NCBI GenBank assembly: GCA_973895155.1
Contig: OZ316893.1
Location: 1,612,860-1,676,859 of the forward strand
Source: Marsupella aquatica
Taxonomy: Eukaryota; Plantae; Marchantiophyta
DNA: 64,000 nucleotides
Reading direction: 5' to 3'
The notes beneath the pieces were generated by a model. That model was not told where the DNA came from and did not search any database. It saw nothing but the letters and a program-made list of their open reading frames with translations. Position 1 is the stretch's first letter. Each line of letters opens with the position of its first letter. Both the position numbers and the translations under genes were made by a program. Below are positions 24,895 through 38,037 of the stretch, piece after piece.

Positions 24895-27800
24895 TCTGCA
24901 CTCACATACCCCCAACCCAAGTGTGAGACCTTCAAAATCATTATCACAAGTCGATTAATTCACTGCAAAGGAAATTAGAAGAGGGGGATGAGTTGCATAG
25001 TCCACAAAGGGACAGTAAATCGTCACACTACCCTCCGTTTGGCAACTTTGCATGAAATCTTAAGCTAGCCAGAAACTGTGCCATTGAGCAAGAGCGGATG
25101 TCAATACCACCGATTCCATGACCGATATCAGCTCGTTCACCCCTGAGAACAGTCATAAAAGGACAAAATCCCTGTCGGGCTTCACAATTCATTCATTCAC
25201 TCGTACTCTAAAACACTTCTCGGTAATGGGAGCCCAAACAAACCCCGCAGGTGTAGGAGGAGGTCTGCTTAGCCCAATTTCTCTGTCTTCCAAGGATTAT
25301 CCCACAAAACGAAGCGAAATCTTCAACTCCCTTAGGTGAAGTCAAGTCTACATGAATGCTACATTGCTTTACTTTCGTTGCCCTGATGAAACGTCTGCGG
25401 GTTGCACTGTTTGGATCAAGGAATTTTGCATCCCATTTTCCACTCATCTCGGCACGCGGCAAGCAAAGCCCACGTTGACAAATATCTATCAAGCACAACA
25501 GGGATTTTTCCCTGTAACCAAAGATAACGTTAAGCTACAAGTGACCTCGAGATTCATACCTCGAGGGCCTCCAGAGCGTTTCCATACGATCTACAGTTGA
25601 CCCCACGGCTAAAAGAGATCGGACCTCTGTTAGTCCATCACCAGGGGAAGACACAAAACATCATTGACGACCCGAATTCTCGTTGCATGGTCGGCCAAAT
25701 GATTGCCGTTTCGTCCTCTCAGCACGATCCTCCACGACACACGGATGACGGCTTCCTATCCTCGCCATAAGGCAGATGGGGCCCCTCCTTCTCCACCACG
25801 CAGACTCTCAAAGCTTTCACTCAGATGGGGTACCGGGTGTTAGGACCCGGGGCACACTACATGCGGAGAAATCCCATTCTCACGCTATCCTCCCTGATGG
25901 AGGAAGATTAGTTTGGCCTCGACGTACTCGGCTTGTCCAATTGAATATACGTTACTGGTCTGGCAAATTGGGTACACCTCTCGGCTACCTGATTCAGCTG
26001 GGTGGTGCTAAAAATGGGGGCCATTCTGCCAGAACCTACGCGAGGAGAACCTTGTGCCCAGTAATATCCAATAGACATGACCTACGCCGCTTGTTGATGA
26101 GGGACAAAAATTCAATGACAGTTGTTCTGTACATCGGTCTGGACATCACAACAGTCCTACTGTATCAGGTAAGTACTGAAAATGTACATCGTCTTCTAGT
26201 GGGCAAAATTCTCAACGCCAAAGAAGGAAATCCATACACTGGTAGAGTAATACGATCGACTCTAGAGCTCCCTATACGCACAGGATTTCCCGTCAGATCC
26301 ATTGGAAAGGAATTCATCAAGGCTGTGAAGATGCCTCCTAGACTTGCAGGCTTTCAGGTAGACGTGAGCAGGGTACGCGTTGCACTCAAGTTCTATTTTT
26401 TCAGTGTAGTGAAGGAACGCGCCAAGAAGGGGACCGGTTTCCCGATGGCGTATAGAACCTGTTCAAATACACCTATCTGCAAGATTCTGGTTCTACAGTA
26501 AGGGCAGTTTGGATCCCAAGATATTCATTTCTCCAGATGGGTTCCAACTATTTCGAGAGTTGATGCTTTTTTGTCTCTAGCCGCAGTTGAAGCCTGTGCC
26601 GAAATGACCGCCACCAATCCCGGATTCTCAGGGGAAAGACCGATGGTGTTCTTGTCTCACGAGACGCTGATGACAAGTTCACCACTGGTCTAAAAGTTCC
26701 CAAGACAAGGTGAACACAGTCTCACAAACGATGCCGTCAATCCAGGCTGACGCACTGAAAAGGTAAAGGACATTAAACTTGAGTAGTGAAGGCCAACCGC
26801 TGAACTCATCGATTATTACGGGTCACAAAGCAATGCAACGGTGCAACCAGTATTCAATCGCACTCAGTTAACCGCCGTTATCCAAGCACTGTAGGACAGA
26901 GTATTCAATTTTCCTCACACAAATCCAGTTGTCTCCCACCGACCTTCATTCCTCCCGTTGCCAAACGAACAAAATTGGAATTCGTACATCTAGAACCCGA
27001 ATACAGAGTCGAACAAGTTCAAATGTGTTTGCAGGAGTCCCGGCATGGACTCTGTCGGGAACAAGAGCGGACACTCACACAATCTTGCACGGAGCCGTGC
27101 TAAAACAAAAAGACTACAAGGAACAAGAGTTACAATCGGAACTGTCGTCCGAAGAATCACAAGCAAACAAAAACGTACAAAGAACAAAAATTGCAATTTG
27201 GATAGTCTACTCCAGAGTGCGTACCTCAATCAAATTAGATGCTCTGTCGGATGGCGTCGGTCGCTGCCAGGATTACTGAAATTCGGAATTTGGTTTCTCT
27301 TCCCTCATCCTGCTAGCAATCCATTCCACGATCACCCACACGGCTCCAGCTCAAAAACGGAGTTCAGACCCTCATGCACTTTCGCCTCTCGGCGGTCACA
27401 ATCGAAATAGCAACAACCAACAAATGTTCGAAGCTCTCCAAATTGAACTTTGCTCTACTATGAGCTCAGGGCATAAACCACAACGGCGGCGATTCTCCAT
27501 TCAAGGAAATGCTGCTGTGCATGACCGTGCATGTGCAGAAGACAAAGAAGCACAATCAACGACCCACGAAAGTGCGAGCTTGCCTCTTGATTGCTTGAAC
27601 GCTTTTCTTTTCAGCCCAGATACTCGCAGACTCCGCTCCTGTTCAAACATTCCCGCCGCTCTCTCCTTTCAGAAACAATACACCGAACAACGACTCCAAA
27701 ATTGTGAAGTGAGAGCTACGTCAATCCACAGAGAGACAGGGGGGGGGTCACTTCCGCCGCAGGTCACTTCCTCTCTTTCAGCATTCCTTTCTTCCAAATC

Positions 27801-28023
27801 AATTACGAACTCCACAAAGAGCAGAGTAGAGGTAATTCACCCACTCAAGACGAGATGACTACAGATCTCCAATGCTGCTACACATCATGAGTAATTGAAC
27901 GGCGATCACAGAGCACGGAGGAACGTCAGACCCATCGCCACTACATTACCAAAGAAACATCGATACCTCAGCTGTGAGAATGAATGCATGAGAATGACTG
28001 AAGCTCAAGATGACAGCACCCTA

Positions 28024-28146
28024 GACAAGTTCAGAAATTCCTAAAAAGCTCGAAGAATGTGACGCATATCTATCAATCAATATCTGGACAACTTCAGAAA
28101 TTCCTAAAAAGCTCGAAGAATGTGACGCATATCTATCAATCAATAC
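28024..28146. repeat. Near-perfect tandem duplication, 63-bp period
   Basis: GACAA.TTCAGAAATTCCTAAAAAGCTCGAAGAATGTGACGCATATCTATCAATCAATA occurs twice. Confidence 0.9.
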
Positions 28147-28457
28147 CTGGAGAGAATGTATCAGCTGATTCACAGATCATCCGCTCTACTCATTCCATTG
28201 ACGGAATGGTACAACACTTCAGTAGTGTCGCCCACCAAGTTACTCCAACATCATATCCAAGTATTCATCACAGTTTCTCGAAGACGGTGTTCGTAAAACG
28301 CACTCGAGGGGGTCCACATAAATGTTCCACTAACGAACAGAACAACCTTTGTACAATGCCCATTTCTACTCGTGCAGACTGCAGAGTACAGTAACTTTAT
28401 GTACAGTAATTTCATTCAGGTTGGGTCCCACTTTTAAGATGCGACCGGTTCCATTTT

Positions 28458-28571
28458 GATTTAGGTGATAAAGACAAATTACCTCCAATTTTTCTTAGTG
28501 TCATGTTTCTAAGGGATTTAGGTGATAAAGACAAATTACCTCCAATTTTCTTAGTGTCATGTTTCTAAGGG
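28458..28571. repeat. Near-perfect tandem duplication, 57-bp period
   Basis: GATTTAGGTGATAAAGACAAATTACCTCCAATTTTT CTTAGTGTCATGTTTCTAAGG occurs twice, with a 1-nt indel. Confidence 0.9.
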
Positions 28572-29164
28572 TCCCACTAAGTAACTGCACATCAAAATAT
28601 GACATCTTCTCTAGAGTGTATGACATTTCTCCATATAATGATAAACCTTGTTTATTTTCATCAATGGACACATGTTACCACAATATGATGTTTGATTAAC
28701 TTAGAGATGTTTCTATGGTGTAAGACACTTGGATGAGAGTTTGTGCAAAAACTGGGCAACTTATGAAGCTTGAATTATAAAGAACATGATAACCTTTGCA
28801 TAATGTCCATTTGGACTTGTGTAGTGAACAATATTCACAACTGCAAGGCCACCAGAATCCAACCATGACAATCCAACCCACAAGTAATGGACAGAGAGAG
28901 ATACATCATGGTTGACTTATCTTTAATTGAACTTCTTCAGTTTTTTGTCTTGTAGCACTCAAAATAGATTTTCTTTCTATGTTAATGAGCTATTTTAAAA
29001 TAAATATTTTTCTTAAAAGCAATCTAATCTATTTATTTTGGTCATGGTATGGATGAGGGGGAGGTGCAGGACTTGGGAGGAAGAGCCACCACAATACAAA
29101 TAGCACAAAATGAGTGGTGCTAAGCTACGTTAAAATTAATGTACCTATTAGGTAACTAACTGAG

Positions 29165-29242
29165 TTGTGGAGACAGCCTAATGGTAAGAGTACTACTGTA
29201 GCGAGTGTGGGGAGGTATGCAGTTTGATCCCTGGTCATGCAA
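29165..29242 (+). mobile_element. Possible degenerate tRNA-derived SINE head
   Basis: A-box-like CAGCCTAATGGTAAG (from 29174) and B-box-like GTTTGATCCC (from 29222) at pol III-compatible spacing. No cloverleaf could be built. Confidence 0.3.
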
Positions 29243-30245
29243 GTTTCTCAATGTATCAATTTTACAAGTTTAACTCAATTATCTAAGAGGGGTCTCCTCA
29301 AAAATATCAGAAAACAAACCAAGAAAATAGCGTCCATGTAAGCCAGAATAAATCTAATTCCTAAAACAATTCAAAGTAGTTTCCTCTAATTCCAAATTTC
29401 TAAAATTACAAAGAAGAAACCCTCATAAATAAAATCAAAACTTAAATAATCGATGGTAGACACTCAAACATTATTTGCAAGTCAAATGGTTTCCAATCAG
29501 GGAAAGTCAAAACATTTATTATTACGCCCAATTGACGGCTCTGTCATGGTGCACTGAATAAGTGAATATGCTACTCGGGCATCTTTCGGGCACGTCTGCC
29601 CCAACAGGGTTTATGCACGCGTGATCTGCCCGTCCGAATTCACTCGCCGGCCCCTGACATTTCTGTTCTACAGCATCTCCGCTGTCCGATTGATCGCATC
29701 CTGCGTACAGTAGTACCCGCAGAACTCGGCCGTGCTGTACGTTAATCTCAGTGGTACGGAGTCTTGCTGCCCGGACTCACGTGTCAGTGCCAGTCACATA
29801 CGGAAGGAGAGTTTCGAAACGGGCTGCCCACCGCCAGGTGTACGTGCTGTGCCGGTACGGGTCTGCCCGGGTCACATGTTGCCGGGCCGGAGTCCCCGCG
29901 GTCGACTCTATGATAACGCACGCCAACCCGGGCGGTATAATTATTACCGGGTTCTAACCGGACCGGCGTAGTTCTAACCCCGGGCCCCGGGAGGATGTCA
30001 GCCTACCTGCCCGCGGGCAGAAGTAAATGCAGTCGGCACTTCCTAAGTGTTAATTTCATAACTGCAAGATGGTCGGTTCTTCCCTTTTCTTCCGACCATT
30101 TTGTGTTTCTTTTGCAGTTTTTTGTAAATAGCTTTTTCCTAATTTGATATTATTAAAATGCCCCTAACAAATTTATTTATCAACCCATCACTCATTTCAT
30201 ATAGTATTGACAGTATACAGGTTCTCATTATCATGTGACAAGTAG

Positions 30246-30469
30246 CTATTGGCTAGCCGCAACCCGCTCCAACCCCCCTCAACCCCCTTGCCCTTCCCCA
30301 TTGCAGGCCATAGTTGCAGGCCAGGACTGGCAAAAACAAGTCATTTTTTGCTCCACACTCCCCTCACTAAAACCTGACATTTTTGGCCCTGGTTTTTACT
30401 TAGGGAAATGCAACTGGGAAGGGGAAGGGGGTCTAAGTGGGGTAGTGGCAGATTAAAGCTAGCCAGTAG
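30246..30469. mobile_element. Small foldback/MITE-like element
   Basis: Inverted ends CTATTGGCTAGC / GCTAGCCAGTAG plus internal inverted CCCTTCCC / GGGAAGGG. No TSD identified. Confidence 0.45.
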
Positions 30470-30502
30470 TGACTCACCACATGGCGACGGGAACCTGTAC
30501 AA

Positions 30503-30870
30503 TGTTGAGCATAGACGACACTCGCAACAGTAAGCACATGACACATCCAACGGGCAAGTAGTCGACACAAGATATACGTGGTTCACCTCCTTGAGGCTAC
30601 GTCCACGGGAACACACAAGAGAGCTTTACTGAACTCTAAGCCTGTCGGCTAAATCAAGTCTCCACAATGTAAGCTCTCCTCATCTCTCAAGTGGCTCTGT
30701 AACAATGAGCCTAAGTTTCACTTATCCAAGCAAACACCGTTGGCATATAGTGTGTATCCTAGTTAACCTAACCATGTCTCCGACTATGATTAGCCTAACT
30801 ACGGTTACATGTCGCAACCCTAGACCTTGAGTAAATACCTAAATACGAGTTAATACTAACCGAATATGAA
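30503..30870 (-). mobile_element. Copia-like LTR remnant
   Basis: Minus strand reads CCCGTGGACGTAGCC...GGTGAACCACGTATATCTTGTGT, a motif typical of plant Copia LTRs, and ends in ...CAACA at 30503. The other boundary and TSD were not resolved. Confidence 0.5.
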
Positions 30871-33800
30871 ATGGTTGGCAGTTTGATCAATAATTTTGTT
30901 TGGGGGACACATTAGCAATAATGGGTAGTTTCGGGGACAGGTTAGTAAAAAACTGTTTTTAGAAATGCAAAGAGGGCTCCACTAACTGAAATTATGTATA
31001 TCTAATTTCATGGTGAGAGGCACTATGGGCCGTAACTCAAAGAAACCCTTTAGTTTTTGTTATGTATTTATTCTTAGATTAGATCTTTGGTTACTCTTGT
31101 TAGTACTTGACTTGTTCTAATTGTAATCAGGAAATAGACTAGGTTTAGATTAGGCTACTAGTACATACACAGGTTGGTGTAAGCTTGTGGTGAAACTCAG
31201 GTTCATTGTTAAAGACCAAGTTCAGAACTAGGGTAGTAGAGCTCTCGTTATGGTGACTTGGTACTTCCGACAGGCCTAGAGTGCAATGTGTTCTTGTGGA
31301 CATCGCCTTGCGTGAGCTGAAACACATATCTCTTGTTGTCAACCCGGGGTCCTCATTTCTTTTCTTCCAACCATCACACACGAATAAGTATAGGGTTTTT
31401 TTATTGGGTTTAGTGAAAGACTTTTAAATTTTTGTTGAATAACATTAGGGTTGTTTTAATCCAATTTTGAGAATCATAGGGTTCTTTACAACCAAATTTG
31501 AGTTAGAGGTAAAACAATTCCTCAAAAAAACTTTATTCACTTAAGTTTTAGGGTGTTTATTTTCCCAAAACTTCATGCATGATATGGGACACCCCTTGGA
31601 TTGAGGCCCCTTACGTTGTCAACTATTCTTATAAAATGGTGAATCACATGGGAATGTTGTCATTGTTCAACCGTTTTAAGCAGGAGTACCTTATGGACAA
31701 CTATTATTGTCCATACTGTACTCTTACCAAGGTTTTGATACACTTCAAGGCCCGCTTCAAGGGTGAGAAGACTTTTTGTTTTAATATTTAGTAAAAGTAT
31801 AGGAGAAGTCACACCTAAATGCATTAAGTGTGATGTGAGACACCTCTTAGAATGAGGCCCCTAAGGTTGCCGGCCCACACCATAGGAATCCAAACATTGT
31901 TTATTAATAAATAATTAAGCCCCAAAACCTCACCCAAAATTGTTGTCTGACAGGAGCATGTGCACATCCACCAGCTTGAGGGTCTTGGAAGGGAATGGTT
32001 TTGATGTGACCTATGATTCGAAAACTACTTGGGGGGGATCACTTCAACAAAAGTGACACATCAAGTGCGATAAAGTATAGGTTCATTTAAATGGGTGTGA
32101 CGGAATACTTCCAAAGTTTTGTGGAAGAACAAATATGACATGTTTCTCAGCGCACATGTTCTATTGATTGGTTGGGTTTGAAGAATAAATATGCCTATTA
32201 AATACTATCTTTAAAGTTTTTAGGGGTCTTTACGTAAAAATGACAAAATTGAAAGAAAGAAAATGTGTTGCAAAAATAATAATTTCACTTATAAGTTAGG
32301 GGGTTTGAACTCTAAAACATCGCACATGATGTATGACCCTCCATATAGTGACCCCCTTGAGGGAAACTCAACACAAGGGCGGGTATAGACTCACAACAAA
32401 GTGACAAGTTTGAAATTGAGTCTCTCTGTATTTCTCTCCAAGAAATAGCTAGCTTGGGGATGGTGCTTTGTGGACTTGGTGTGCAGCAATGCAAGGCTAA
32501 AGAAGATGGTATCTCGTCGTGGAAAGGTTGAATTTATGTTATTTCTTAAACTTACTTGTGCGGATGTAGCTCACCATGTAGGACCTGGTTATTGTACTTT
32601 CCAAAAAATACAAAGACAGTCCTCTTTCTTAAATACATGGACAGTCCTTACCCAAGAACATAAAGAGGCCTTGAAACTTAAAATCATGAGTAGAGCTCTA
32701 CTGTACTTCTGGTCCAAAGGGGGTCACTCTTGAAATTGTTTTAGGTTCAGGGTTTTGACAAACACTGCTTGTTTGGGCGCCAGCACACTTGAGGACTCCC
32801 TGACTCTGACGAGCAGGATGACGGGTTACATAAACCAGGGAATTTGGCTAGACATCCCTTCTTGTGTCTAAAAAATAAGTAGTAATTTTGTTGAACAGAT
32901 ATTGCATTTGATAAAGTATGGGATTCCAAAATTTTTGCCCGGTGTCTGATGTATGGCAATCACACATCTCTTTGTGTGAGACTGTTGTATTGTAGGGCAC
33001 CTTCACCATTCAGTCATTTGTCCTATTGAGGCTTTTGTTGTATATTTGTGTTCCAATGTGCCTAAGACAAGGTGCATCTACTGTACTATTGAATTTTTGA
33101 ATATTTTACTGCCACCTCCTCATGTCTTGAATCTTGTGGTGGTAGAGCTTTTTGTTACCTCTATGTTTAATACTATCTCAGAATTAAATGAAATTCCATC
33201 CTTTAGGGGATGCTATCCCTTCATGAGTGCAAGAAAGAAGGATAATGCCAGCCCCCCCCTTTTTGTTTCCTAGGCTTATGGTTTTGAGTGACTTCTGTGT
33301 CAGGACCCAAGAAAATTATTATTATCTGAGAAGTACATGAAAGGCCCATCATTTTTTTGAAATCTTATTTATAAAGCGTCAACTACAAGCTAGAGTTGGG
33401 GCCTAGGCTCCTAAAGTGAAGCCTCTAGACCATAACTCCATGGGTCATCATGTGGATGGGAAACTCATGGTATGTGTCAAATGATAAGCATGTATGCCAT
33501 TTGTTATGATTTACATTTACATTAAAAAATGAACTTTATGGCCACCATAACATATTGCATAGAAAGAGGGATGTGCATAGAAACTAATATGGTATGCTCT
33601 ATATGATTATTAAAATGATTGCATGCATGATGGTTTTTTTATCAATTTATTAACCTTCAACTAATGTGAATAAAGGATATATTTTGGTGACATTTTTATT
33701 GTCCTCCCCATATAGCATGTTCATCCTGGAACATGTCTCTTTTTTGTCTTTTAGTGATATGTAATTCATTTAAGTAGGGACATGTAAAATATATGCACAT

Positions 33801-36319
33801 AAAATCAAATTATGACCAAGAAAGTACAAAGGTACTAAAGAGTTGAGTTGTGCACATGCAGTACAGATTTTCATTTGCTTCTAGGTAATGACATTCAACT
33901 CAATTAAAACCATAAATTTTGCAAAGTAATTCATGAGGGGAACTTAATACACCAGATGTTCACATTGATCAAACTCATTTCTTACACTCATGAGAAAAAA
34001 GAGAATTCACTAAGGAGTGAAAAGGAAAGATTAAATCTTGATGAGGGGAGCCAATACATTCAAAATACTCTAAGTTCACTAAAATTAAGAGGGGTCCTAA
34101 AGTTAATTCAAAATCAAATTAATACAAATGATTTACATTGTTAAGGCACATTGAAATCAAAATACTTAACACAAAATATGAATGAGACAAAATCTGAAAA
34201 GTGGATTCACCATATAGCAGCCTCAAGAAAAGGAAAGAATATATTGTCCTCCCCACTACACAAGTTCAAAGAATGGGTAGTCAGAGCTAGTGGGTTCACA
34301 ATATTGTAGAAGCTGAAAAGTATAAAAATATAATGTGGGGAGGGCTTAAAAGTGGGGTCAACGCTTTGTAAGGCCATGAACCTCCACTCCAGGTGAGGGC
34401 TATTATATAAATCACCAAAACTTAATTTGTTTTTCCTTAAAGGTGGTTCAAGAAAAGCCATCCCAACTCTTGAAAGGAATATTATTATTATTCTCAGCAT
34501 CACAATGTTTCTGAGCGTGAAACACTCCAAGACAAGCTATTTTACATTTTGGAGATCCTCACATCTTTAGTTATCTTAAAGAAAGTTATTTTGCTGATTA
34601 TTTCATATAGGATAATTCTGAGACTTTTTAATACCATATATTGGACAAAGGTTGTTTAAAGTTGAAGCAACCTTACATTTTTCAACTTGTTAGCAGATAG
34701 GTTTTATATCATTTGACATTTAAACTTGATATATCCCTTGTTCTTTTAGTATGATATTTGCCCATTGTCGATTCAGGTGACCTTTTGTGTTATTTTTTCT
34801 GCACAATTAACATTCTTAATATTCAGGTTGCAAGATTTCCGAATTAAGGCTTTGCACGAGGGCATGAGCATATCTAATGATGCCCCACTGTGTTCCATAT
34901 TATGCTCTTACTGTAGTAAAGGGCAGTTACTTATGATTTTTGCTTCCAGGATCTTGCAACTTTTTGCCTACCAAATCTTGGATTTGATCTCAAAAATTGC
35001 AAGTCTTAATTTTAGTCTTTATAATCAAATTCTGTACCTGTCTAGATGAAAAGCTCTGATAGACTATACTACAATACTGCCTGATCATCATCACGGTAAC
35101 GAGGAAGCGAGACCTCTTTCAATTGAGGTGTTTTGTATGCTAGATGTTGATTTAAGGCCGAAAGTACTTCTAATTGAGATATTTTTTGGTTTTTTTTTAT
35201 TGTGCTCTTATTAGCATTACCCAATCTGGCTAATCAATTAAGCCAACAACAAGAAAGCATGATACAAGGCCGTTTGATATAGCATTAGAGCAGGCATATC
35301 TTGGGTCTAGCTTTGTTATTTCCTTTAAATCACAACTTGCCCTATATAAGGGGAAGTGTCCAAGACCTCCCCATTTTTCCACATTTCAATCACTGTTTTC
35401 CTCTAGCATGCCAGTTTGTTCCACAATTTCAGGAAAAATCTCCTTTTAATGGTAACTCCGGGTAACCCGTAGCTTTTGAAGGGCAGTTGTGGTTTAATGA
35501 ACTAAAAGGGTAATTATTCTAGCTCAATGAGTTGAATTAAAAGTAAATTATTCCTAAAGATGACAATAAAAGAGTGATCAAAGCTATATGGTCTTAATAG
35601 ACTGGACTAATATCTAGAGTTCATAAGGTTTGACAATACTGGTCTGATAATACGTTCTGGGAGTAAATTCAGCCACCAACAAATGCCAAAGGGAAGAAAA
35701 GAGAAGAGGATTAGCAGTGAAGAACCCAAGCACCCAAACCAACAATAGAGAGTGGAAAGCACCATCCCAACCAAAGATAATACTGCACTAGAGAGCATAA
35801 GCGTGCTTTATTTCTGGGAAGACGGGGTAGGACTGTGTACCAATCTCATTACTCAGGGTAGGAACTATGGATTTGCAACTGATTGAGGGTAATCACACCT
35901 ATGTTTACCATAATATGTTCCTTACTCAGAGGGGGCTTTACAAGACCAACCAGACGACAAATGACCAAGGATCACTTCCAAGATTTTGCTTCTGGATTTC
36001 ATTAGAGCTGGTCATATCAACTGAGCAGTCCATTATGAGGTCAAATCTACAAGAAATATCACTGCATGGAATGGAGTGGGTCCCCCAAAATGCTTGTGTA
36101 GATAGTGTAGTTCTGGCCAAAGTTTAAACCCCTCCTGAATTGGAACTTTGAAAGGACCTCTCAGACCTATTCTTATTCTTTCACTACAGTAATAGATGCA
36201 TTGCCTGACCATTATTCTTTCACTGCAGTATTAAATGCACTGCCTGACTACATTTTGTGGTGAGGCAGTGTAAATAGACCTATGGATCAGGTATGGTAAA
36301 ACACAAGAGACCTGTCATG

Positions 36320-36640
36320 ATTTGTCCAGTCTTCTTGTAAAGCTCTCCTTAGGGCACTGTGGTTATGGGGCTATCACCCACAAAACCTGCATCAATTTTG
36401 CTGTTCACAATTTGTCCAGTCTTCTTGTAAAGCTCCCCTTACGACACTTTTGTTACGACTTGTGTTGATTGACAATGGCTATCACTCACAGAAAACCTGC
36501 ACCAATTTTGCTGCAGTAGCCATCACATTCTCAATCCCAAAAGTGAATAGAATGTCACATATGTAGGCATCAATTTGGCTACAGTCGCATCACATTCTCA
36601 ATACCAAGAGTGAATAAAACGCCATATATGTCGGCACCAT
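36320..36640. repeat. Patchwork of short local duplications
   Basis: ATTTGTCCAGTCTTCTTGTAAAGCTC x2, GCTATCAC.CACA..AAACCTGCA.CAATTTTGCTG x2 and CATCACATTCTCAAT.CCAA.AGTGAATA x2. Confidence 0.8.
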
Positions 36641-38037
36641 TGAGACGAAGACTTCAAGTACCGACTGTGAAGGTAGTATTGTGAACCCATCACCAAAAGA
36701 ATGCATCGAGGCTCTCCCGACTAACTACTGTAGGTGATTCTCAATTGGGGCGATTTCCTCTCGAGATTTGATCTATTTCATACTCGTCACATGTCAACCT
36801 TTCCAAGATCTACAACAGTTATCTGCAGAAACACACCAACTCTCGTAGTGCAGAATCGATGCATTATCGTCACGACATCGTCATTGTAGCAGTCATTGCA
36901 ATTCGGATGTGGCACATTAGATTTCGGATTCTTCCAACAACTCGTCATTCCACCATTTGCAAACTGAAGCAACTTGCGTAGTTGTGCTATCAAGCCTCAT
37001 CGAGCCGGGGGCAGGCCAACAGTCACCACGTTTACTCTTCCACACGAGGACGTCTCTAACTTCATAAGCTCAACTCCCTTCGTGGGGTGTACATAACCTC
37101 TTCCGTGATTCTCGTACTTCACTCGAAACAATGGAAGCCCATATAATTATTGTTGTTTGTAATTGTACATGCAGCAGCCCACTCGGACTTTCAATATTTT
37201 TTAGCCCTCATATTGTAATACATCTGCATTCCTACACTCCACATCTCAACTTCACACAGAACACAACAGCGTGAAGGAACCCTCTCACCTCCATTCGTCA
37301 TGAAAACATGGAATATGGTTGCTGATTCATGAGACCCCTTCTGAGAGAAAAAAATCTCCCTTCCTATCCAGAGCCCAACTCCATTCTCTTCGTACGTCAA
37401 TCCAACAACACATTTGGGCAAATCAGTCTCCTCAGATTACTTCCACACAAACCGGAACTCCAGAATGCTTTCACTACCATAGAACAAAAATCCATTGAAG
37501 AGTCCCAGATAAGTTCGGTTAGAAGTTTCTGTCTCTCCCTGTAGCCTCTCTTTCTACAATTTTCTCCAGTCTTTAAATAGTCAAAGAAGTCCAATGTTAG
37601 GGTTCTACAAGACCCGCAAGTACGACTATTGCTCTGTACTAAATGCCGTCCTTAAAGAATCAGAGTTCACAACTTACATTCTAATTTTACATCCCTAGAA
37701 TACACACCACGTCTCGAGTCAACCCAGCCCAGAGAGGACAATTCTGTAGAATCCTCCAAGTACTTGGAGCTGACACAGAATGAGGTCCAGAGAAGAGAAG
37801 AGAGCAGATCTAAGAAATTGCCTCGCACAACACGCTTCGCAGGAAGTCAACTATAACCTCTGTGCTAGACTCATGGCTTCTAGCCTGACTAATCTATCGG
37901 TTCATTTCATAGAAAACATCGTGTCTCGTCGTGCAGTTGGTGATGTCAGAAGACATTCGTACTGCGATAGAGAAAAGGCATGGCGTTCACTGGCGTTGGC
38001 CAGCTTTTAGATGACGACAGGCACGTAGTCTGTCAAA

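Noticed and set aside
25776-26501. 241-aa plus-strand ORF
   Set aside because: No recognisable domain or protein-like composition. It lies antisense within the probable PMT leader intron.
29165-29242. Functional tRNA gene
   Set aside because: The boxes are degenerate and no acceptor or anticodon stems pair. Kept only as a low-confidence SINE-like remnant.
36787-36993. GMTSCWKNPKS resembling SURNod19 GMTSCYPDPKS, suggesting a pseudogene copy
   Set aside because: Similarity does not extend on either side and the codons differ (Ser AGT versus TCT). Treated as chance.
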